IMG/VR virus record: IMGVR_UViG_3300045994_000055
Span: 1 to 64,000 of that record
DNA from: a virus
Reading direction: 5' to 3' (one strand)
DNA length: 64,000 nt
The notes under the pieces were generated by a model. That model had not been told where the DNA came from. It saw only the letters and a program-made list of their open reading frames with translations, and made no database searches. The number at the start of each line of letters is the position of its first letter. Positions within the stretch are counted from its first letter, which is position 1. Positions 26,093-35,498 of the stretch are shown piece after piece. The translations under genes were made by a program, and so were the position numbers.

Positions 26093-27293
26093 TGTATCCC
26101 ATTAGTATAGCTAACTCTTCGTGAGTATCAACTAAGCTTTGCTTGCGGTATTCATCTGTGCGTTTCACTTTCGCAATGAATGCTTTACCATCAGAGCCAG
26201 GGCCTGCTTCGATAAACGATACAAGCCTATCAATCTCAATGCGGTGTGCAGGTGTGAACGACGCAGCTCTTAACTTGTCTATAGTTGCACGTTTTGCATC
26301 TGGTGTCAACATGTCAATTCTAAATTCGCGTTCGCCGTGCAACATGTTAAAGTAGTCGTAATCAAAGCCTTGCCTGCTCACCCACTCGCACAGTTCATCC
26401 ATATAGAAGATGTTGAATGCGTTAGCGGTTAAGCATACTTGTGTTTTAATGTTTGGCATCTCTTTACGTAGTGCGTTAGCTTTAGATACAATTTGCTCTG
26501 CAATGTCCCAGTCTGCGCCATAACGTTCATATTCGAAACGTTTACCTACGTTGTCAATACTAAATGCCAACTCAACTGTTTTGAAGTGCTTCCAAATATC
26601 AAATGCTTCTTTAGGAAACACTGTCGCATTTGTATTGTAATGGATCTCAATGTTTTTAGCAAACCCTTCGGTAACTGCAAATTGCAACAAATCAAAGTGC
26701 TCTTGTATAAGCAATGGTTCACCGCCTGTAAACTCAAAGTAGACAATCTGCGGTAGCAAGGAGCGCAGGTCTTCCCAAAAGTCTTCGCTCTCACGTGGCC
26801 ATTGTCCTTGTTTAAGGAACGTGTACGCAAGATGGTTCTTTTTGTTTACATGCGGTGTGTACGCAAGTTCTTCTTGCGCCCACTTAGAAGACGACCAGCT
26901 ACCGCAAATACGACACTTAAGGTTGCAAATATTGCCTAGCTTAAGGTCAATGAACTTGAGTTGGTCAGGTGTATCGTTTTCCCAATCCACTTCCTTCGCT
27001 AACTCAGGTAACCGCATAAATGTAGACATACGTTTGCTTTGCCTGCCTACTGCTTCTTCGTCCCAGCATGTTGCACAGCTCTTAGGCTGCTCGCCATTAC
27101 GGAACGAGCGGCGTAAGTCTTGCATGTACTCGCTCTTGTATATTGTGCTAAGTGGTGTTTCAGTTAGATTAAAGCGAGCACCAGATTCATCTGTAATCTC
27201 TTCTTTGAACATACAGCATGGTCGTGCACCACCTGTTGGGCTTGTTTCGATGCTAACCCAAGGTAGCATACATAGTGTTTTAGGAATTGTCAT
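26082..27293 (-). CDS. N-terminal twitch-domain radical SAM protein
   Basis: LCMLPW...PCC...CATC, then CNLKCRIC, GGEPL, YNTN, SID. Confidence 0.92.
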   Translation of the reverse strand: MTIPKTLCMLPWVSIETSPTGGARPCCMFKEEITDESGARFNLTETPLSTIYKSEYMQDLRRSFRNGEQPKSCATCWDEEAVGRQSKRMSTFMRLPELAKEVDWENDTPDQLKFIDLKLGNICNLKCRICGSWSSSKWAQEELAYTPHVNKKNHLAYTFLKQGQWPRESEDFWEDLRSLLPQIVYFEFTGGEPLLIQEHFDLLQFAVTEGFAKNIEIHYNTNATVFPKEAFDIWKHFKTVELAFSIDNVGKRFEYERYGADWDIAEQIVSKANALRKEMPNIKTQVCLTANAFNIFYMDELCEWVSRQGFDYDYFNMLHGEREFRIDMLTPDAKRATIDKLRAASFTPAHRIEIDRLVSFIEAGPGSDGKAFIAKVKRTDEYRKQSLVDTHEELAILMGYNDK

Positions 27294-28611
27294 AGTTTTC
27301 TAATGTTTTTAGTTCAGTAAAGACGTTCCAGAAGTCTTCTTGGCGTACACCGTCAAGCAAGGTAGTTTCTTTCTTAAAACGCTCCCAATGCTGCGAGCCA
27401 TCGCTACCATTGATGAAGCTCAACATGCTACGGAAGCCGTTTGTTGCACGTTTAAGATCGTCTTGTGGCTCAAGCCATTTGATGTGTTCTTCGTATGCAG
27501 GCGTGATGACTTCGTCTTTGAACTTCTGCGGGAAGATGTCAGCACGGTACCAGTCTGGGCTTTGGCAAATGTTTACATTCCAATCCCTGGCGTTAATAAG
27601 CCCCGCGTCAACCCATTCTTTGTGGAAGTCTAATACATGTAATACGTTCATGCTGCTAACTGTGCTGCTAACATAGAAGTCAACGTGAGGCACTTCCTCC
27701 ATCATGCGGTGGCGGTTCTCTAGAGTCTGTGCCCAGTCTGTTCCTTTGCGCATGAGTTCGGCACGGGCACCAGAAGCATCCAAGCTTGCGCCGACGCCAA
27801 CGTGTTTAAAATGTTTCCAATATTCAAATACATGCTTATCCTTAAAGCGCATTTCGCTAAAGTTTGTGTTATAGAGAATCCGTACATCTGTTTTTCCTGC
27901 CTCAATTAGCTTCTCAAGCAATGCGTAATGTTCCTTCATGATTAAAGGTTCGCCGCCTGCAAAGTATACCTGCTCCAGATACGGTACATGTTCTAGCATC
28001 TGTTCTTCAATCCCACCATCCGTGCCTGTCGTGTACTCTACGCGAGCCATCTCACGGCCTAGTACGTCTGGTTTCCGTCCATACAGCTTAACGTGATCGT
28101 TATACCACTGCGAGGAAAAGATAGGGCCGCATGAGCGGCACTTCATGTTACATAAGTTAGAGAAGCGAACGTCCCAATAGCGGATCTTAAACTCTGGATG
28201 GAACCCATCTTCATGTGTCTGCGCTACTTCCTTAACCATGTGTCCATAGTTGCGGTTAGCATCGTTACGCATAGAGAAGGCACCGTGCTGTTCTTGTTCG
28301 TAGCACTTGGTGCATTCAACACACGGCTTGTCTGCAAGCATGTTGGTGCGCATTGTCTTGTACTTGTCTTGATTCCACACCTCGCGCATCGTATGCTGGC
28401 GCAGGTCTCCTACTGGATGGAAGTACTCTGACAGGCAACATGGGTAAGCACGACCATCAGGGAAGGCATGCATGTGGGTCCATGGTAACATACAGAATGT
28501 TTTACTCTCTGTCAGCTTGCTCCATTCGCCGTCTGTTAACTCTTCCTTCTTGATGAAGAATGGCGCTTTGCCATTGTAGTCGTAACTACCGTCGTATACT
28601 TTTTCGCTCAT
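27280..28611 (-). CDS. N-terminal twitch-domain radical SAM protein
   Basis: FCMLPW...PCC...CTKC, then CNMKCRSC, GGEPL, YNTN, SLDA. Confidence 0.92.
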   Translation of the reverse strand: MSEKVYDGSYDYNGKAPFFIKKEELTDGEWSKLTESKTFCMLPWTHMHAFPDGRAYPCCLSEYFHPVGDLRQHTMREVWNQDKYKTMRTNMLADKPCVECTKCYEQEQHGAFSMRNDANRNYGHMVKEVAQTHEDGFHPEFKIRYWDVRFSNLCNMKCRSCGPIFSSQWYNDHVKLYGRKPDVLGREMARVEYTTGTDGGIEEQMLEHVPYLEQVYFAGGEPLIMKEHYALLEKLIEAGKTDVRILYNTNFSEMRFKDKHVFEYWKHFKHVGVGASLDASGARAELMRKGTDWAQTLENRHRMMEEVPHVDFYVSSTVSSMNVLHVLDFHKEWVDAGLINARDWNVNICQSPDWYRADIFPQKFKDEVITPAYEEHIKWLEPQDDLKRATNGFRSMLSFINGSDGSQHWERFKKETTLLDGVRQEDFWNVFTELKTLENYDNS

Positions 28612-29954
28612 ATGTTATTGTACCATACTCCCAGGCCCGGGAATGTCTTTCTAAAATCTTTGTTTCGACGTACGTCGTATTGTTCGTGAAATTTCTTAAA
28701 GTCTTGCTCAAGCACATCGCGCTCTGCTGCACCTAAGTGAGGAGTCTTTACTACGTCTAGGTAATCAATGAGGCGTTGAACTTGATTGAGTTCCATTTCG
28801 CCTAAGTGGGTGTTAGTATGGTTGTCATCATACCAATCTTGAAGCTTTACTTTGTACATCCTGCGTATGTTGTCAGGCAGGACTAATGCACTTTGGAAGC
28901 TGGGGAATCGCATAATATTTAGCGAGAAATCAATTGCGTCTTTTCCAAACTCTTGCTTCCATTGCACAATAATGTCTAGGAATTGTGGCAGCGATTCCAA
29001 GCACAGTGCATTGATTGTGTTCATCACATGCAGTCCACGTAGTTTACCAGAGCTCAATAGCTTCTCTACGTTGTTGGCCCATGCGTCCCAAACTAAGCCA
29101 TCACGGATATACTCTGCGTGTTTACCCACGGACTCATTGCTAGTGTACAGGTCAATTTGTACATCGTCCAATGCTTCCATTAGCTTGTCAAGGTCTACCT
29201 TCTCACCTAAGTTAGAGTTAATAGCAAGGCGTGTCTTGCTTGCACCTTTGTTTTCTTTGAACCACTCAATCAGCTTCCAAGTGTCGCCTGACATTAAGGG
29301 CTCGCCGCCTGTAATGCGCAGTTCGTCTAAGGTTGCGTGGAGGTCGCTTTCCCACCACTTATGGAACGCTTCCACATAAGGATTACTTGCACCGAACTTA
29401 TACAGTTGAGCACTATCGTGAGCATGAGTAAAGTGATTACGGCCGTCGCTAACCAGTCCTGTGTAGGCACCGTTTTTCCGTATATCAGAAACCCAAGTGC
29501 TACTGAAAGCGGGATTACAGTAAGAACAAGCAAACTGACAAGTGCGGTCAAATGCGATCTCCAAGGTTTTGAGGTTGACGTCGTCTGAGGCAGGTCGGCT
29601 GTACGCATTTTCTAAGTCCTTATCTTCATAAATTATTGTTTTGTATACACGGTCAGAAATGTTATCGCGACCAATGTCCTCTATCTTCCAGCAATATTCA
29701 CAACCAGAAGGGCGCTCTCCTTTTTGCATCATCTCACGTTCCATTTTCTTCTTGGGTGTGTTATGTAGTGCAGCTGGATTGGCGATCACATCTTCAACTT
29801 CTACCTTGTGTGGCAATGGGTGATGGCATGATGTTGTCATACCACTACCGAGCCATATTGTTGCGTTGTACCACTTTGCGCCGCAAAAGCTTTCGCTCTT
29901 GATGTCAATTACACGGCGTTTGAATTCTAGATCTGTTTCGTTATTTTTGCGCAT
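28608..29954 (-). CDS. N-terminal twitch-domain radical SAM protein (CxHP subtype)
   Basis: FCGAKW...SCHHP...CEYC, then CQFACSYC, GGEPL. Confidence 0.92.
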   Translation of the reverse strand: MRKNNETDLEFKRRVIDIKSESFCGAKWYNATIWLGSGMTTSCHHPLPHKVEVEDVIANPAALHNTPKKKMEREMMQKGERPSGCEYCWKIEDIGRDNISDRVYKTIIYEDKDLENAYSRPASDDVNLKTLEIAFDRTCQFACSYCNPAFSSTWVSDIRKNGAYTGLVSDGRNHFTHAHDSAQLYKFGASNPYVEAFHKWWESDLHATLDELRITGGEPLMSGDTWKLIEWFKENKGASKTRLAINSNLGEKVDLDKLMEALDDVQIDLYTSNESVGKHAEYIRDGLVWDAWANNVEKLLSSGKLRGLHVMNTINALCLESLPQFLDIIVQWKQEFGKDAIDFSLNIMRFPSFQSALVLPDNIRRMYKVKLQDWYDDNHTNTHLGEMELNQVQRLIDYLDVVKTPHLGAAERDVLEQDFKKFHEQYDVRRNKDFRKTFPGLGVWYNNI

Positions 29955-31329
29955 GGTATCTACATTCGTTCCAAAATTCTTTCATCTGCGGGAATGTCTC
30001 TTCAAAGTTAGTTCCGCGGCGTTTATCGTGCTCGTTAAAGAAACGATAAAAGTCTGCTCTTTGTAGTGTAACATAGTCCTTGGGTAAATTGCTACCTTCT
30101 TTCATCCAGTCTATGTCCCTTCTGAGCCTTTGCACTTCATAGTCTTTAAAACCTTTGAATGGGAACTCAGGTGTTTCCAAATTCAATTCCATCCAGTCGG
30201 CTACTTGCTCTAGAATGCCTACATAAGCGGGCGGCAGGATCTGTAGCGATTGCCACTTAGGCTGACGCAGCAATGGGGTGTCAAACCAGACACGTTGGTA
30301 TGTTGTGCTGTGTGCTTTACGTAGATCAAGAATCCATTCTAGCTGTCGTTGCAAACCAATAACGGAAAGGTTGTTCATAGTAATAATGAACGTTAGACTG
30401 TTACGGTATGGAATGTCTGCTAAGAACCTATCTACGTTGTGCGACACACGATTAAAGTTCATGCCATTTCGTATATACTCTGCATGTTCAGGAATGCCAG
30501 AATCAAGCGATACAAACTGCATGAAGTGTTCAATCTGTGTATTACACAATGCTTTCACATAACTGTGGTACTTCTCATATAGTGCAGTTTCTACGCTAAA
30601 GTTGCTTGTTACGTTTAAGTGCAAGTCTGGCTTAGGGAACGCCAACACATAGTCAAACACCTTGTACGTATTCTTGTCCATTAGCGGCTCGCCGCCAGTC
30701 ATGCGAAAGTGTCTAAGATGTGGGTACAGTGTTGGCCACCATTCCCAAAATGCATCTACATATGGGTTGTCCTGAGAGGCGGGAATAGGACGATTACGGC
30801 CAGTGAAGTGAGAGGGATCGTTGTGCACAGTAGAAGTAGGATAACCTCCCCAACGGTCCACTTCTTGTCCCCAGGATGAGCTAAACTGTGGAGAACAATA
30901 GCTACACTTGAGATTGCAAGCGTGATTAAAATTAACTTCCACATAAGAAGGAATAACGTCATCTTCTGTCCCTAAACTATTACTTATTACGTCATAGTCA
31001 ATTGCAGCCCACGGCTCGCCGGAACGGTAATGCCTATCGCTTAACTGCCCGTGTTTCTCTACGTTCCAGCAGTACGAGCACTCATCTGGCTTCTCATTCT
31101 TAAGCATAATGACACGTTGAGCTTTCTTGTGCTCAGTGTTATGCAATGCCCCGGGATTGTCCTTAAGCTTTGATGCGTCAATCTCGTGCAGCGGTGGGTG
31201 GTAGCAAGAGTTGTTAAGTCCTGTAGGAAGGTGCAGGCTTACTTGCTTCCACTTTGCTAGACAGAGTGCAGGACCTAGTTTGTCCTTCATCTCGTCCGCT
31301 GCTGACATAAAATCTGATTTATTTGACAT
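29941..31329 (-). CDS. N-terminal twitch-domain radical SAM protein (CxHP subtype)
   Basis: LCLAKW...SCYHP...CSYC, then CNLKCSYC, GGEPL. Confidence 0.92.
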   Translation of the reverse strand: MSNKSDFMSAADEMKDKLGPALCLAKWKQVSLHLPTGLNNSCYHPPLHEIDASKLKDNPGALHNTEHKKAQRVIMLKNEKPDECSYCWNVEKHGQLSDRHYRSGEPWAAIDYDVISNSLGTEDDVIPSYVEVNFNHACNLKCSYCSPQFSSSWGQEVDRWGGYPTSTVHNDPSHFTGRNRPIPASQDNPYVDAFWEWWPTLYPHLRHFRMTGGEPLMDKNTYKVFDYVLAFPKPDLHLNVTSNFSVETALYEKYHSYVKALCNTQIEHFMQFVSLDSGIPEHAEYIRNGMNFNRVSHNVDRFLADIPYRNSLTFIITMNNLSVIGLQRQLEWILDLRKAHSTTYQRVWFDTPLLRQPKWQSLQILPPAYVGILEQVADWMELNLETPEFPFKGFKDYEVQRLRRDIDWMKEGSNLPKDYVTLQRADFYRFFNEHDKRRGTNFEETFPQMKEFWNECRYHAQK

Positions 31330-32317
31330 AAGTTGCTGCTAACATTTGCTCAGGGGTTAAATGCATTAGCACATTATAATTGTGCTCTAGAGTGGGCATC
31401 ATTTCATTATACATGATCGCCAACTCTTTTTCACTCTTTAAGGCAAGCATGTCAATCACTTTAGTAATCTCTTCTATTTTGGTTTTCCCAGGTTGGTAAT
31501 CATAGCTTTCATCCCACCATGCACTAAACGTCTTAATGCCCAATGCTCTTATGTTGGCCAAAAAGTTTTGTGGACCTTGTATGATAAAAGGTGTTTTACA
31601 CATGATAGGCCTCCATGTTTTTTCAGTTGGGAAAAACGTTTTACCGTTAGTATAAGTTTCACATACTACTTCCACAAAAAATTCCTTGTATCTTGGCGCT
31701 AAGTCAATTGACGGAACAGTTTCTTTTCGACCATCAATTGGATACCCGACGATAGTGTCATATAACATTGGGGCGTCGATCAATAAATTAGTGGCCTGCG
31801 TGAGTATTGATGTACCCACTTCACTTATTAACATATCTAACCCAAGGTTTGCCCTATGATAATCATCAGAGTAATTGTAATGGTATGTTAACAAAGTTGA
31901 CAGTTTGTGGTTGGAATATAAATGTGAGGCTAACCACAAACGTTGCCAATTTGACCGACCAATAAAAATACCGAATCGTTTACTAAACCCTTCTTTAGTG
32001 TAATCTAGTTGTTTGCTATATTCTTGACAGCAGTATGCAAATGTGATTGGTGGGTTTACCTTAATGTTATATGCGTCGTTGTACTCTAGTAGATTTCGTG
32101 TGTAAATATTGATTTTACTTTTGGGAAAATTGAATAAGGTGCATAGGCTGTCGAGTAACTTGTACAAGCCTAACATTTCTATGTCTGGGCCCTCACTATT
32201 CAGCATGATAGATACTTCTCTGCCAAGTAACATTTGCTGTACTATGTTACCCACCTTTGATTCCAACCCACTAAACCCTAGGTCAGTATTTGGTAAATTT
32301 ATTGCAGAATAAATCAT
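31319..32317 (-). CDS. Putative glycosyltransferase (GT10/GT-B-like C-terminus)
   Basis: FVEVVCET...FPTEKTWRPI...PFI..G resembles the E(N/T)...TEK donor-binding motif of fucosyltransferase-like enzymes. Confidence 0.5.
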   Translation of the reverse strand: MIYSAINLPNTDLGFSGLESKVGNIVQQMLLGREVSIMLNSEGPDIEMLGLYKLLDSLCTLFNFPKSKINIYTRNLLEYNDAYNIKVNPPITFAYCCQEYSKQLDYTKEGFSKRFGIFIGRSNWQRLWLASHLYSNHKLSTLLTYHYNYSDDYHRANLGLDMLISEVGTSILTQATNLLIDAPMLYDTIVGYPIDGRKETVPSIDLAPRYKEFFVEVVCETYTNGKTFFPTEKTWRPIMCKTPFIIQGPQNFLANIRALGIKTFSAWWDESYDYQPGKTKIEEITKVIDMLALKSEKELAIMYNEMMPTLEHNYNVLMHLTPEQMLAATYVK

Positions 32318-33243
32318 TCTCTTGTCATGATCCCTGGGTCTTTGTACCCTGCTCTGTAGTGGTGCTTGAAGAATTTGCTTTGCTGTGCATCCATATCTAG
32401 AATAGGTAGACCAAGCCTAGTACGTACTGCTTCACTAAACTCAATGCCAGCAAAGTCTCTATTTTGATATTGATCCCACAGTTCCTTTAACTTTGTAAAG
32501 TCTTGTACGTCTTTGTAGTTCCAGTCTGTTAGCATTGTCATGTACGTACCAAGGCGTGCGCCATAAATTGCGTATATACCATTCTCTGCATCGCAACCGA
32601 CATTATGCCAAATAGTTAAGTTGTCCATGTTACGCTGTACTACCGCAGTCTTGAACTCTTCTAGTGTAGGTTTTTTGCCACGATTAAGAGACATCTTAAC
32701 ACCTTCCCTAAACCCGGCGCGCCAGGCTTGAAACGGTGTACCGTTAGGGTACGTTGTAGAATAACAACCGCCCATGGCCCAGTACTTCGGGTCAAAGCAG
32801 AATTCGACATCAGTTTCATCGCTCCCAGTTGATGCTTCGTGTGTCTGCATATTCATGACAAAATCTTTAGTCCAGCAAGAGATGCCTCCGTTGCCGTACA
32901 TTAGTCCGTTTACTTCGTTACGTGCTTTCCAGCGGAAAACACTCTCGCGATTAGAATCGTCTATTGTTAGTTGCTTGTTAAAGAAAGCAGGGTCAGGTAT
33001 ATTATCGCCGTCAATAAGTATAAAACGTTCAGTATCAGAAGCCATCGCAGCGCCTTTATGAGCTGCGTCTGATCCCACAATCCCATCCACCCTCTTAGCC
33101 CATGGTACCATGTTTTGAAGCTTGATCCAAAACTCTTCTTTTTTAGGTTCGTCATATGTTAGGAAAATGCAGTCTAAGTCTGCAACGTCAATTAACTCTG
33201 TACTCATAGTATTCGATATCTGTGTATGTTTCGTCTTGCTCAA
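32314..33243 (-). CDS. Putative GT-A fold glycosyltransferase
   Basis: DCIFLTYDEP...AAH..AA...RFILIDGDN (DxD), YGNGG, QAWRAGFRE; real start may be the second Met. Confidence 0.65.
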   Translation of the reverse strand: MSKTKHTQISNTMSTELIDVADLDCIFLTYDEPKKEEFWIKLQNMVPWAKRVDGIVGSDAAHKGAAMASDTERFILIDGDNIPDPAFFNKQLTIDDSNRESVFRWKARNEVNGLMYGNGGISCWTKDFVMNMQTHEASTGSDETDVEFCFDPKYWAMGGCYSTTYPNGTPFQAWRAGFREGVKMSLNRGKKPTLEEFKTAVVQRNMDNLTIWHNVGCDAENGIYAIYGARLGTYMTMLTDWNYKDVQDFTKLKELWDQYQNRDFAGIEFSEAVRTRLGLPILDMDAQQSKFFKHHYRAGYKDPGIMTRE

Positions 33244-33562
33244 TAATTAAATTGGCATGGTTCTTTACTGTAGGGAATCCACTAGTAGACTTGCTTAATT
33301 GTACACGAAAGCCAGGGTCACTTTCAATCTTTTTGAGCTTACGGTTGACTACGGTGTATCTAAAGTAGTTCTCGTAGTCGTGTTGTGATACAACAATGTA
33401 GGTGCCAGGTTCATGCGATTGCATGGAGCAACTTGTAATGTTGCCATCTACATTGTAGTAAATTCTGTATTCTAGTGGTTCTATGTATAGCGGCTGAGTG
33501 GCAGCTATTGCTTTGAGAAATTCTGATTCTGCATCAGTCATTGTATTTATAGCTTTTGTCAT
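33188..33562 (-). CDS. Hypothetical protein
   Basis: ~120-aa ORF overlapping both neighbours in the operon. Confidence 0.7.
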   Translation of the reverse strand: MTKAINTMTDAESEFLKAIAATQPLYIEPLEYRIYYNVDGNITSCSMQSHEPGTYIVVSQHDYENYFRYTVVNRKLKKIESDPGFRVQLSKSTSGFPTVKNHANLIIEQDETYTDIEYYEYRVN

Positions 33563-34340
33563 AATAATGGACTGGATGGTATTGATTTAAATTGTTGATA
33601 CGGATCATGTTTCCATCAGTCTCGGTCATTACTGTATCAAATACTGTACGTGCATCTGACCAGGCCTGTATACCTGATTTAAGGTGCACGAAGTTAATGA
33701 AGTCCATGCTTGGCATTGTGCATTGCTCCATGCCTACAGCGTGAGCAGTTAATGCGTATAGCACATCAGTGGAGGGGTAGTCTTCATCGCAACCAATCAG
33801 GCTGGTCTTGACTGCTTCCCAATTAGAGATGATGCTGAATGCTGCACCAAAGAACTCTGCTGCGGGCCTACTGTACCTAAAGTACATTAAGCCATTGTAC
33901 ACGTCAGGCAAGTGGTTGTCATCAAACATCTTGCGATACTTGCGCACGGCAGAAGCGTTGCCTCTGTAGTTTTTACAACCCGTAGATAGTACAACGTCCC
34001 TAAGCCTAAATGCATGTAACCAATGATCAATACTGCGAGTAAACAGGAGATCGCTTTCGAGTTTAATTGTTTCCTTAAACGGGGTTAACGAAAATGCATA
34101 CGGCTCGAGTGACATTGCAGGCATGTCAGTCTCAGGCAGTTCAACTACGTAATCAAACACCTTTTCCATTGCGGGTGTAATTTCTTTGGACGTAGCTTTA
34201 TCTACAAAAACAGCGTACCGATTATTTTTTTGCGTTGCTTTAATGTTCTTTGCTTGCATATACGCAAGGCGCAGGTAGTCAGTCTCCGCGGAGTTAATAG
34301 CAAACGTGGCAAAGCCTAATTGTTCTTTGTGGTTAAACAC
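33534..34340 (-). CDS. Putative glycosyltransferase (GT8/mannosyltransferase-like, DxD altered to ESD)
   Basis: LTPFKETIKLESDLLF, YNGLMYF, TDV.YA, FVHLK; likely GTG start at 34340 after GAGGAG. Confidence 0.6.
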   Translation of the reverse strand: MFNHKEQLGFATFAINSAETDYLRLAYMQAKNIKATQKNNRYAVFVDKATSKEITPAMEKVFDYVVELPETDMPAMSLEPYAFSLTPFKETIKLESDLLFTRSIDHWLHAFRLRDVVLSTGCKNYRGNASAVRKYRKMFDDNHLPDVYNGLMYFRYSRPAAEFFGAAFSIISNWEAVKTSLIGCDEDYPSTDVLYALTAHAVGMEQCTMPSMDFINFVHLKSGIQAWSDARTVFDTVMTETDGNMIRINNLNQYHPVHYYDKSYKYND

Positions 34341-35154
34341 ACATCTCCTCGATGAATCGTGCAAAATTTGCACTTTGCAAATAGTCCTTATCCATAACGT
34401 GCACACATTGCTTTGGTATCATTACTGCTTTGTCTTTCATACGCACAGCAAGTAGACTGCCTTTTGTCTGTATGCTTTCTACTTGCTGTTCTAACGTAAG
34501 CATTACCCACGGGATGCCTTGATCTTCGTTCAAGTTGTAACCAGATATGATATTGTTAGCAATAGCAAAAGCGTAGTCATTTCGGTAGCTTCTACCGCCG
34601 ACATTGTATAGTTTGCAGTAATAAGGGTAGTTACGTTGGACGCGGCCCACCATATCAAAGAGCATTTCAGCTTTATCAGTTTTCCTAAATAGTACAACTG
34701 TAGCCCAAACGAATGGTAGTGAAGTAGTACCCATTTCTTCATTAGAAGGCCCATTTGTGTCCCTGTTATGATGCATTATTTTGTAGTCAAAATCCGTCTC
34801 AAACAATTTGAGTAAGCTGTCATCTAGCACCAAGTAATCAGTGTCTAGCAGTATCGTTTCTTCGTATGGTGAGAAAGCGTAGGCTGTATAGCGATCAAAA
34901 TTCTTCCACTGTACTTGTACATCGCTCAGGTCAGAACGAAAGTTGCCGTTTTTGGCATCTACTCTGTGCACGACATGGAAATCAAATTTGGGATCACCTG
35001 CCATATCAGTCACTAGCGTAACTGGCAGCTTCAGGTATTTTTCAATTAGTCTGGCGGCGTTATCTGCAATTCCAACGTAGTTTACAGTGGGCGAGTTGAA
35101 TGCAAATAGTATTACACCGCGCTTAGACTTTGCGGATTTGTTTGAGTTCGGCAT
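34333..35154 (-). CDS. Putative glycosyltransferase (GT8/mannosyltransferase-like)
   Basis: RGVILFA, SPYEETILLDTDY (DxD), WATVVLF, RND, HVMDK. Confidence 0.65.
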   Translation of the reverse strand: MPNSNKSAKSKRGVILFAFNSPTVNYVGIADNAARLIEKYLKLPVTLVTDMAGDPKFDFHVVHRVDAKNGNFRSDLSDVQVQWKNFDRYTAYAFSPYEETILLDTDYLVLDDSLLKLFETDFDYKIMHHNRDTNGPSNEEMGTTSLPFVWATVVLFRKTDKAEMLFDMVGRVQRNYPYYCKLYNVGGRSYRNDYAFAIANNIISGYNLNEDQGIPWVMLTLEQQVESIQTKGSLLAVRMKDKAVMIPKQCVHVMDKDYLQSANFARFIEEMCV

Positions 35155-35434
35155 GTTGCTGGGACCAACGGTTCATCACCTTTTGGTAATGTTGCTGTGC
35201 TGTGACTAGAAAGACTTGCTTGTCTACTTCAATTGGGTTTTGGTACGAGTCTTCCAAAAACAGTTCGTCAATGGGCCAAGTTGCCACAAACGCTAGAAGC
35301 TCTGGTGTAATTTTGAATAGCCCACCATTGTGTGCAAAATGGAGATCAGTTTGAATCTGTTCCCGTAGAATGGTTTTGTTGACTTGATAGTCGGTAGATT
35401 TTTTGATTTGATCTACGATTGGTTGAATGGTCAT
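35123..35434 (-). CDS. Hypothetical protein, first gene of the modification operon
   Basis: 103-aa ORF directly after the promoter/terminator element. Confidence 0.75.
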   Translation of the reverse strand: MTIQPIVDQIKKSTDYQVNKTILREQIQTDLHFAHNGGLFKITPELLAFVATWPIDELFLEDSYQNPIEVDKQVFLVTAQQHYQKVMNRWSQQHAELKQIRKV

Positions 35435-35474
35435 AAATGAAAAAGCTAGTATGCCCTTACAGTATACTAGCTTT
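35435..35474 (-). terminator. Intrinsic terminator ending the structural operon
   Basis: 11-bp stem AAAGCTAGTAT/ATACTAGCTTT (35442-35452, 35464-35474), followed on the - strand by TTCATTT. Confidence 0.7.
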
Positions 35475-35489
35475 CTCTTATGAAGTCAA
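35461..35489 (-). promoter_or_regulatory. Sigma70-type promoter of the modification operon
   Basis: - strand TTGACT (35489-35484)-17 nt-TATACT (35466-35461). Confidence 0.8.
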
Positions 35490-35498
35490 CGTGTTTGA

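Noticed and set aside
12985-35434. Bacterial LPS/capsule island or host contamination
   Set aside because: No wzx/wzy/ABC export genes; contiguous and co-oriented with phage genes, with phage-like tight overlaps.
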